Source: Ferroglobus placidus DSM 10642
GTDB lineage: Archaea > Halobacteriota > Archaeoglobi > Archaeoglobales > Archaeoglobaceae
Assembly: GCF_000025505.1 (NCBI RefSeq)
Contig: NC_013849.1
Location: 150,001-182,000 of the forward strand
Direction: 5' to 3'
DNA length: 32,000 nt
Below, one piece after another: positions 1 to 6,650 of this stretch. How positions within the stretch are numbered: the first letter of the stretch is position 1; each line of letters starts with the position of its first letter. A program made the translations under genes and the position numbers. The notes below the pieces were generated by a model. The model was not told the origin of the DNA, made no database searches, and saw only the letters and a program-made list of their open reading frames with translations.

Positions 1-68
1 ATGGACGTTATGAACATCGTGCTGGATTTGATAGATAAAGCTAAAAAGTTTGGAGCTTAAGGCAGAGT

Positions 69-938
69 ATGCTTGAAGTTTTCAGGGTCAACAGTGCGAA
101 GTTCGATGAGGGAATGCTTTACCACAACGGAGACGTGATAATAGGAGCGAACTCGAAACTCGACTACGGAGTTTCTGGAAAAAAGGTCGTTGTCGGAGAG
201 AGGTGTCACATAAAAGGAGATATAGTTTGCGAAGAGGTAAGACTCGATTCATGGGTTACCGTTGACGGAAGCGTGTTTTGCAAGGGAGACGCTTACATAG
301 GGGAGTTTTCCTCGATAAACGGAAAGCTCGTCGTTTATGGAAACTTAGAAATAGGTAGAAACGTCAGGATAAAAGAGGGATTTGAGGCGAAGGGTTTGAT
401 AACTATTCAAGACCCTCTTCCGATAATAATCTTCCTTTTCGTCTACATACTCGAACTCCTGAGGCTTGGAAAAATCGAAGAGGTTGAAAAGCTCTTCGAA
501 GAGGACTTCGAAAATCCTCTGATAATTCCGGAAAACAGCAAGCTCTCTTTGGAGTTCATCGAGCTGGATGCTAATGCCGAGATAAATTCTTCGAGAGTCG
601 TCGGAAACGTTAGAGGGAAAAACATCTTGCTGAAAGACTGCGAGGTGTTCGGTAGCGTTAGAGGAAGAGACGTTGCGGTGATGTCCTCGAAAATTCACGG
701 AGCAGTGGAGGGAAGAAAGGTTTACATAGTAAAAGAGAGTGAAATTTACGGATTCGTAAGGGGAGAAGAAGTTTTCATGGAGGAAGGTTGCAGCGTTGAA
801 GGAAGTATTGTTGGAAGGAAAGGTGTGTGGATTAAGGAGAATGTTGAGGTTCCGGAGTTGATCAAAATTGATGAGCTGGGACAGAGAGAAGTTCAGGAGA
901 ATGTTTCCGAACCTGTATCGGGAGATAGAGTCGGCTAA
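69..938 (+). CDS. Bactofilin-like (polymer-forming cytoskeletal) protein with two beta-helix repeat modules flanking a hydrophobic segment
   Basis: 289-aa ORF. Two stretches of short G/V/I-rich turns (VIIGANSKLDYGVSGKKVVVGERCHIKGDIVCEEVRL... and VVGNVRGKNILLKDCEVFGSVRGRDVAVMSSKIHGAVEGRKVYI...) resemble bactofilin beta-helices. The central PLPIIIFLFVYILELLRL is hydrophobic. Confidence 0.6.
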   Translation: MLEVFRVNSAKFDEGMLYHNGDVIIGANSKLDYGVSGKKVVVGERCHIKGDIVCEEVRLDSWVTVDGSVFCKGDAYIGEFSSINGKLVVYGNLEIGRNVRIKEGFEAKGLITIQDPLPIIIFLFVYILELLRLGKIEEVEKLFEEDFENPLIIPENSKLSLEFIELDANAEINSSRVVGNVRGKNILLKDCEVFGSVRGRDVAVMSSKIHGAVEGRKVYIVKESEIYGFVRGEEVFMEEGCSVEGSIVGRKGVWIKENVEVPELIKIDELGQREVQENVSEPVSGDRVG

Positions 939-1131
939 AGTTCCCGACGTTCTCGATCACCTGGAGAGGTGCAAAACCGAAGAGGAGGCAATAGAGATTA
1001 TCGATTACTTCGAAAAGAGGGGGGAGATAACTAAAGAGTTCGCTAATTTTCTGAAGAGCAACAAAGCCCTCCTAAGATCGTTAATCGGAACGAGGGAAGC
1101 TGGAGAGTACGAAAGGTGGGGGCTTAGATGA
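868..1131 (+). CDS. Small helical protein, DUF2095-like
   Basis: 87-aa ORF. The N-terminal motif FRRMFPNLYREI and the short acidic helical body match my recollection of the archaeal DUF2095 family. Its stop overlaps the next start (ATGA at 1128-1131), and its start lies 71 nt inside the previous ORF. Confidence 0.55.
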   Translation: MMSWDREKFRRMFPNLYREIESAKVPDVLDHLERCKTEEEAIEIIDYFEKRGEITKEFANFLKSNKALLRSLIGTREAGEYERWGLR

Positions 1132-2285
1132 TAGAAATAGGCTTAGCTGGAAAGCCAAACGCTGGAAAATCGACTTTCTTCAAAGCCTCGACGATGGCTG
1201 ACGCTGAGATAGCAGACTACCCTTTCACAACGATAGAGCCGAACGTTGGTGTTGCTTACGTAAGAGTCGAATGCGTTTGCAAGGAGCTTGAAGTCTATCC
1301 GTGCGGTAACTGCGTTGAAGGGTGGAGGTTCATTCCGGTAAAAATTATAGACGTCGCAGGATTGGTTCCAGAAGCTCATAAAGGAAGAGGACTGGGAAAC
1401 GCTTTCCTCGACAACTTAAGGCAGGCTGATGCGATCATTCATGTAGTAGATGCGAGCGGATCGACCGATGAGGAGGGAAATGTAATTGAAGTCGGAGCGA
1501 GAGATCCAGTGGAGGACGTGAAATTCCTCGAAGAAGAGCTGGACATGTGGCTCTTCGGAATACTCAAAAGAAACTGGGATAAAATTATCAGAAGAATTCG
1601 CATGGAAAAGAGAGATCCGGCAAAATATTTGGCTGAAAATTTGGCTGGGCTGGGTTTCGATGAGATCACGATAAAAGAGGCGACGAGAAACGTGGACATA
1701 CTTAACGTTAGCGATGAAGACTTGTTATCCTTAGCTAAAAAACTCAGAAAACTCAGGTTTAAATCGGTGATAGCGGCGAACAAGGCTGACAAAGCTCCGG
1801 AGGAATTTATTAACAAGCTCGTGAAAATTGGAGCGATTCCGTGCTCGGCTTACTACGAATTGGCTTTGAGAATGGCAGCGAAGAACGGCTACATCAAATA
1901 TTTGCCCGGCGACGAGGATTTTGAAATTTTAAAAGAGCTCAACGAGAAACAGAGAAGTCTCCTCGAGAAAATCAGAAATTTCATGAAGAGATTTGGCGGA
2001 ACTGGTGTTCAGAAGATCATAAACAAGGTGGTTTTCGAGGAGCTAAACTACATCGTGGTTTATCCAGTAGAGGATGAAAACAAATTCACAGACAGCAAAG
2101 GAAACGTTTTACCTGATGCTATGCTTGTAAAAAAGGGAACAACAGCGAGGGAGCTTGCCTACAAAATTCACACGGAAATAGGAGAGAAGTACATCTACGC
2201 AGTTGATGCAAAAAAGAAGAGGAGAATTTCCGAGGACTACGAGCTCCAGCACAACGATGTGATAAAGATAGTTTCGGCAGCTTAG
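1128..2285 (+). CDS. ychF: YchF/OLA1-type Obg-family P-loop NTPase with C-terminal TGS domain
   Basis: The ORF has a Walker A motif (GLAGKPNAGKST), YPFTTIEPNVG (G2), a DVAGLV (G3) motif and NKAD (G4). The C-terminal segment GTTARELAYKIHTEIGEKYIYAVD...NDVIKIV is TGS-like. Confidence 0.85.
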   Translation: MIEIGLAGKPNAGKSTFFKASTMADAEIADYPFTTIEPNVGVAYVRVECVCKELEVYPCGNCVEGWRFIPVKIIDVAGLVPEAHKGRGLGNAFLDNLRQADAIIHVVDASGSTDEEGNVIEVGARDPVEDVKFLEEELDMWLFGILKRNWDKIIRRIRMEKRDPAKYLAENLAGLGFDEITIKEATRNVDILNVSDEDLLSLAKKLRKLRFKSVIAANKADKAPEEFINKLVKIGAIPCSAYYELALRMAAKNGYIKYLPGDEDFEILKELNEKQRSLLEKIRNFMKRFGGTGVQKIINKVVFEELNYIVVYPVEDENKFTDSKGNVLPDAMLVKKGTTARELAYKIHTEIGEKYIYAVDAKKKRRISEDYELQHNDVIKIVSAA

Positions 2286-2770
2286 TCAAGTTTGTATCCG
2301 AGTTTTTCGACCAGCTCTCTCCTTTCCTTCTTCTGCTCCTCGTTTTCTATCGCATTAACAGCCTGTCCGTCAACGACTCCGAGCACAGCTCTTCCAAGCT
2401 CGGTCTCGGCAACTATTACCTCCATCGGATTTGCTGAGGCAGCGTACACGTTGCAAACAGCCGGATGCTGCTTTATCGTGTTGAGAACGTTTATCGGAAA
2501 AGCGTTTTCTACAAAAACGACGAAAACATGGCTCGCTCCGATGTTTAACGCGTTTTTAGCAGCCAACTCTTTAAGCTTTTCGTCGTTTCCGGTTACTCTC
2601 GTAAGCTTCGGAGCTGCCTCGTTCATCGCAACCGCACACTTTATGTTCGGCACAGCCGTCAGCAAAGCCCTGAATATGTCGTCGCACGTAAAGATTGTGA
2701 AGTTCGCCTGCCCGATAATCACTTGATACTTGTTCTCGGGATTTTCTACCTTCACCACTTCGAGCTTCAT
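2282..2770 (-). CDS. Adenosine-specific kinase family protein (PF04008-like)
   Basis: The ORF contains the family-typical segments GQANFTIFTCDDIF, GASHVFVVFVENAFPINVLNTIK and NPMEVIVAETELGRAVLGVVDG. I placed the start at the internal ATG (MKLEVVKV, 2770) rather than the ORF-track start at 2809. Confidence 0.75.
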   Translation of the reverse strand: MKLEVVKVENPENKYQVIIGQANFTIFTCDDIFRALLTAVPNIKCAVAMNEAAPKLTRVTGNDEKLKELAAKNALNIGASHVFVVFVENAFPINVLNTIKQHPAVCNVYAASANPMEVIVAETELGRAVLGVVDGQAVNAIENEEQKKERRELVEKLGYKLD

Positions 2771-2882
2771 AGTTCTATTCTTAGAAGCGCATTTATTAAC
2801 TTTATTCATTTTTCAATTTTAATTTAAATTCATCAAAAATATAATCGAGAAAACTTATTTGTCGGATGAGGAAAGTAAAATT

Positions 2883-3419
2883 ATGAGAGTAGTTATGCTC
2901 GCGGCTTTGCTTTCAGTAGTCTTGGTTGGATGTGCCCAGAAAGAGGTGGTAGACGTGGAAAAAAAGATGGAAGTCAAGTCTGTTTTCGAGAACATGGGCG
3001 AGATCCCGAAAAAGTACACATGCGACGGTAGCGACGTTTCTCCTCCTCTACGTATAGAAAACATACCCGAGAATGCGAAATCCCTCGTTATAATTTGCGA
3101 AGATCCAGATGCTCCACTCGGTGTTTTCACCCACTGGATCCTATTCAACGCTCCTCCGGAAAACGAGATTCCCGAAGGAATTCCCCACGGCAGAGTCATA
3201 GAGGAGCCGTTTCATGCGGTGCAGCTAAGAAACGACTTCGGCAAATATGGATATAACGGACCTTGTCCGCCTTCCGGAAAGCACAGGTACTTCTTCAAAG
3301 TGTACGCTTTAGATGTGAAACTCGATGAGAGCATTGAGACGAAGAAAGAGCTTTTGGATAAGATGAAGAACCACGTGATCGCCGAAGGTGTTCTCGTCGG
3401 AGTTTACGGAAGAGATTAA
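2883..3419 (+). CDS. YbhB/YbcL (PEBP / Raf-kinase-inhibitor-like) family protein, predicted lipoprotein
   Basis: The ORF has the PEBP motifs DPDAP, HW and GPCPPSGKHRYFFKVYALD. The N-terminus MRVVMLAALLSVVLVGCAQ looks like a signal peptide with a lipobox Cys. I chose the start at the ATG at 2883. Confidence 0.85.
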   Translation: MRVVMLAALLSVVLVGCAQKEVVDVEKKMEVKSVFENMGEIPKKYTCDGSDVSPPLRIENIPENAKSLVIICEDPDAPLGVFTHWILFNAPPENEIPEGIPHGRVIEEPFHAVQLRNDFGKYGYNGPCPPSGKHRYFFKVYALDVKLDESIETKKELLDKMKNHVIAEGVLVGVYGRD

Positions 3420-4549
3420 AACAACTTTTTTTGTCTGGTTTTTTCTATGTTAAAGATGTCGTAGGCAGCTTTTTGGACTTTATCGACGTACTCTTTTTTC
3501 GTATAAACTCCGAATTTCAAAAGTTCACTCTGCAAACTTTTCAGCGTTTGAACTATCTTCGACACCTCGTCGAGCCTTCTAACTTCTCCTTCCATTTCAA
3601 CCAACGCTCCGTACTCTTCGCTCCTCTCTTCGGGAATGTCGACTATGACGAAGTTTTCGTCAATACCGCACTCCTCAGCGATGATTTGCTCAGCTCTCCA
3701 AGGCTTCACCTTTTTCAAATTCACCCCAACTTTATCCAAGCTCACGTAGACCGCTCTTTTAAACAAATCTCTCCGGTCGAGAGATTGGATTACGAACTTC
3801 GGAAAACGCTCGCTCCTCCTCATCAAAGCCACAACATCGTAATCGTCCATTTTCTGAAGCTCCTCGATCGAAAGCATATCGTTCTCGATCATCCACACCA
3901 ACGCTTTCTCGAACATCTTCTTCGCTATCCTGCAAACGTGATGGTAGTAGACTGCTGAATACATCATAAACCTCGAAACGAGCATCGATTCGGCAGCCCT
4001 TATACCTCCCTCTTCGATTACGAGCCTCTTTCCATCGAAGTACATCTTCTCTATCAGCCTCTGAACGTCGAAAACCCCGTAAGCTACTCCAGTATAGTAA
4101 GAATCTCTCACGAGGTAGTCCATTCTATCAACGTCAATGTCTCCGCTGACCGGACTCTCTTTTATTTTCTTTACGACTTTTTTCACGTCAATTCCGTACT
4201 TATCTAATATCTCCTCGAAATTCTCTTTGATTATTCCCTTGACATCCTCGTGTCTTCTTCGAGCGTACCTCTCAATTACCTTTTCTCCAGAGTGGCTGAA
4301 AGGAGTGTGCCCGATGTCGTGGAGGAGAGCTGCAGCAACTACCTCTTCATCCTCAACGAGCTTTCTCGCTAAGTGCATCGCTCCGAGAGAGTGCTCGAAC
4401 CTCGTGTGGTTTGCTCCGGGGTAAACCAAATTTGCGAAGCCGAGCTGTTTTATCCTCCTCAATCTCTGAAAGGCGGCGGTATCTATAATTTCCAGCTGCC
4501 ACTCCTCAAGTTTGATCGTTCCGTGTATTGTGTCCTGAACTATTTTCAT
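3416..4549 (-). CDS. HD-domain phosphohydrolase (SAMHD1/dGTPase-like family)
   Basis: 377-aa ORF with N-terminal IHGTI..., RLRRIKQLG, the motifs HTRFEHSLG and LLHDIGHTPFSH, and a downstream DVDRMDYLVRDSYYTG motif. Confidence 0.85.
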   Translation of the reverse strand: MKIVQDTIHGTIKLEEWQLEIIDTAAFQRLRRIKQLGFANLVYPGANHTRFEHSLGAMHLARKLVEDEEVVAAALLHDIGHTPFSHSGEKVIERYARRRHEDVKGIIKENFEEILDKYGIDVKKVVKKIKESPVSGDIDVDRMDYLVRDSYYTGVAYGVFDVQRLIEKMYFDGKRLVIEEGGIRAAESMLVSRFMMYSAVYYHHVCRIAKKMFEKALVWMIENDMLSIEELQKMDDYDVVALMRRSERFPKFVIQSLDRRDLFKRAVYVSLDKVGVNLKKVKPWRAEQIIAEECGIDENFVIVDIPEERSEEYGALVEMEGEVRRLDEVSKIVQTLKSLQSELLKFGVYTKKEYVDKVQKAAYDIFNIEKTRQKKLF

Positions 4550-4633
4550 TTACTAAATGCTTCTGCAAGAAGTTTAATGAGTTTTTCCGTAAAAGTTTCA
4601 TTAATTACTGTCCATTAAATTTACAATCGGGGG

Positions 4634-5575
4634 GTGATACCCTTGAGGAATATTGCTTGTATTGGTGTTGGCACAATTGGTAGCAGCTGGGCAGCACTAT
4701 TTGCTTGGAACGAACTTCAAGTAAGAATATATGACGCAAATTCAGAAGCTATCGAAAAAGCTATTAACAATATAGAAGCTGCTTTAGAAATTTTACGAGA
4801 GATCACTGGTGATAAAAGAAGCCCGAAAGATCTCTTAGATAAGATATATATTGCTAAAAATCTTGAAGATGCGTTAATTGGGGTTCAATACGTTCAAGAA
4901 TCTGCAGCCGAGAGTTATGAAGTAAAAAAGAGCTTGTTTAAAGCCATGGATGAATTTACAGAGAGTGAAACAATACTCGCAACAAGTACCTCAGGTTTAA
5001 GAATCTCAGAAATTCAAAAAGCTGCAAGAAGACATCCAGAGAGGTGTATTACTGTACATCCTTTCAATCCGCCACATATCATACCACTCGTAGAAATTGT
5101 ACCCGGAGAGCTGACTAGTGAAGAGGTCCTCAGAAGGACTGTAGAATTTATGAAGAGATTGAACAAAAAACCGGTGATTGTAAAAAAAGACATACCTGGA
5201 ATGATTGCTAATAGATTAACTGCAGCTCTCTGGAGAGAAGCAGTAAATCTCGTTCACATGGGCATAGCTACTCCGGAAGAAATTGATACAGCTGTAAAAT
5301 ATGGACCTGGACTTAGATGGGCTATTACTGGAGTTTTCCTAACTTATCATCTCGGAGGAGGTAAAGAAGGAATTAAGCATTTTTTGGAGTCTTTAAAAGA
5401 GTCTTTCAGCTTACGATGGAAAGATTTAGCTAAGTGGACGGAATATCCCCCAGGATCGTTTGAAAAAATCATTAAAGGGATGGAGAAGTATCCGATACTC
5501 AGCAAAATGTCATATGATGAGATAACAAAATGGAGAGACATGAAAATAATCGAAATTTTAAAAATTATTAGGTAG
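4634..5575 (+). CDS. 3-hydroxyacyl-CoA dehydrogenase superfamily protein, lambda-crystallin / L-gulonate 3-dehydrogenase / L-carnitine dehydrogenase-like
   Basis: GTG start. The ORF has a Rossmann motif (IGVGTIGSSWAALFA), TSTSGL, HPFNPPHIIPLVEIVPG and IPGMIANRL, and the C-terminal half is collinear with lambda-crystallin as I recall it. The gene is AT-richer than its neighbours. Confidence 0.75.
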   Translation: MIPLRNIACIGVGTIGSSWAALFAWNELQVRIYDANSEAIEKAINNIEAALEILREITGDKRSPKDLLDKIYIAKNLEDALIGVQYVQESAAESYEVKKSLFKAMDEFTESETILATSTSGLRISEIQKAARRHPERCITVHPFNPPHIIPLVEIVPGELTSEEVLRRTVEFMKRLNKKPVIVKKDIPGMIANRLTAALWREAVNLVHMGIATPEEIDTAVKYGPGLRWAITGVFLTYHLGGGKEGIKHFLESLKESFSLRWKDLAKWTEYPPGSFEKIIKGMEKYPILSKMSYDEITKWRDMKIIEILKIIR

Positions 5576-5580
5576 TGTCA

Positions 5581-6027
5581 CTATAATGTTGATAAATTAT
5601 AGTAGTGTATCCATAGTTTAAGAGAGTTTTCGAGCATTTCGATGGATTTCGAGAATCTGATTGATTTTCTTGCGAATCTCGGATTGTCGTTTCGTAAAGT
5701 TAAGAATAACCTTTCAACGTGGTTCGTTCCTCCCTTCTTTATTATTCTCTGCTTGTAAGGTATCAAATTGTAAGCGTCCCAGCGATCCGTGTAAAAGATT
5801 GCTTCTCGCTTTATTTCATCGCCAATTCCATCCCACAATTTCTTGAAAGTATCCACAGAACGATCTCCTATTGCATAACTTATTATTTTTCGGGAATTTC
5901 TCTCTAAAGCAATCCAAATCCAGATTTCGTTTTCCTTTTTCTTAACAAAACTCCAAGCTTCATCTAACTCGATAACAGGCTTTTCCGATCTAATCTCATT
6001 TCTCAGGTCTTTTTTTAGAAAATTCTC
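5581..6027 (-). CDS. insB: IS1-family transposase catalytic (InsB) frame, with no start of its own, in the +1 frame relative to insA
   Basis: My translation of the minus strand gives an open frame from 6027 to 5581: ...PVIELDEAWSFVKKKENEIWIWIALERNSRKIISYAIGDRS...IFYTDRWDAYN...GGTNHVERLFLTLR...RKSIRFSKSIEMLEN. The D, D and E motifs are collinear with E. coli IS1 InsB. The frame overlaps insA across an A7 run (6010-6016). Confidence 0.75.
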   Translation of the reverse strand, partial: ENFLKKDLRNEIRSEKPVIELDEAWSFVKKKENEIWIWIALERNSRKIISYAIGDRSVDTFKKLWDGIGDEIKREAIFYTDRWDAYNLIPYKQRIIKKGGTNHVERLFLTLRNDNPRFARKSIRFSKSIEMLENSLKLWIHYYNLSTL

Positions 6028-6280
6028 TTACCCAAGCTGTCACAGTGTTAGGAGAAAGCTTGAAAATTCTGCTCGCTTGTCTTATCCCTACACCCTCCTT
6101 CACAACAGCTCTAACTACCATCTCCTTAAATTCCTCGGGATAATTCCTCGGCTTTATCGGATTCAAAACGAAAGTTCTCCCGCAGCTCTTGCATTTGTAT
6201 CTCTGCCTCCTCTCACCAGATTTCGTGTAATAATGCCCCATCCTAACAACTTCCACCGACTTACAATGCGGACATGTCAT
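5996..6280 (-). CDS. insA: IS1-family InsA-like protein (zinc finger plus HTH)
   Basis: MTCPHCKS...YKCKSCGRTF is a CxxC...CxxC zinc finger, followed by an HTH segment (GIRQASRIFKLSPNTVTAWV). Confidence 0.8.
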   Translation of the reverse strand: MTCPHCKSVEVVRMGHYYTKSGERRQRYKCKSCGRTFVLNPIKPRNYPEEFKEMVVRAVVKEGVGIRQASRIFKLSPNTVTAWVREFSKKRPEK

Positions 6281-6314
6281 CTTTATATTAAAATATACAC
6301 TTAATCAAAACCAG

Positions 6315-6566
6315 TTATTCTTGAAGCGCATTGACGACCTCTTCACCCAACTCAGTCCTTTTGTAAATTCTTCCAACTTTTTCATTTGGCGTCAAGCACT
6401 CGACTAACCCTTCTCTTTCCAACTCTCTTATCGCTCTGCTTACGTGCGGTAAACTGAGTTTTAGTTCTCCCGCTATTTGTGCAGGAGTTTTTGGTTTATC
6501 TAAGTGAAGAAGAACGAGTTTTCTGTTCTTAGACCTTACGACGAAGCTGTATTTCGACCAATCCAT
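6315..6566 (-). CDS. Small winged-helix transcriptional regulator (ArsR/MarR-like)
   Basis: 83-aa ORF with the HTH segment TPAQIAGELKLSLPHVSRAIRELEREGLV followed by a wing (VGRIYKRTELG). Confidence 0.7.
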   Translation of the reverse strand: MDWSKYSFVVRSKNRKLVLLHLDKPKTPAQIAGELKLSLPHVSRAIRELEREGLVECLTPNEKVGRIYKRTELGEEVVNALQE

Positions 6567-6594
6567 ATGAATCTGGCTTCGAAAGTTTTATAAA

Positions 6595-6640
6595 CGATCT
6601 ATTACCGATCTATTACCAAACAATTACCAACAAATTACGG
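6595..6640. repeat. Four phased 11-bp repeats (ATTACC core) in a divergent promoter region
   Basis: The sequence reads CGATCTATTAC CGATCTATTAC CAAACAATTAC CAACAAATTAC. ATTAC(C/G) cores start at 6601, 6612, 6623 and 6634, which is an exact 11-bp spacing. Confidence 0.8.
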
Positions 6641-6650
6641 AGGGTTGAGA

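Larger units (their letters stand above)
5576..6305 (-). mobile_element. IS1-family insertion sequence (approximate ends)
   Basis: The element carries InsA-like and InsB-like reading frames in the IS1 arrangement, and its size (about 730 bp) is close to that of IS1. I could not identify terminal inverted repeats with confidence, so the ends are approximate. Confidence 0.75.

Noticed and set aside
1-60. Open frame-1 tail (MDVMNIVLDLIDKAKKFGA-stop) that could be the 3' end of an upstream gene.
   Set aside because: Only 19 codons are visible and none carries a motif, so I cannot support it as a feature.
2810-2858. UGAUGA-like C-box (minus-strand TTGATGAA at about 2833) as a possible second C/D sRNA. 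The TGATGATGA at about 27034 inside aIF5A is a similar case.
   Set aside because: No correctly spaced CUGA D or D' boxes follow. The second site lies within a well-supported coding region.
5560-6320. Terminal inverted repeats of the IS1-like element.
   Set aside because: The best match by eye is AGTGT(A/C) plus scattered identities between about 5575-5600 and the reverse complement of about 6285-6305. This is too weak to fix the ends without other copies.
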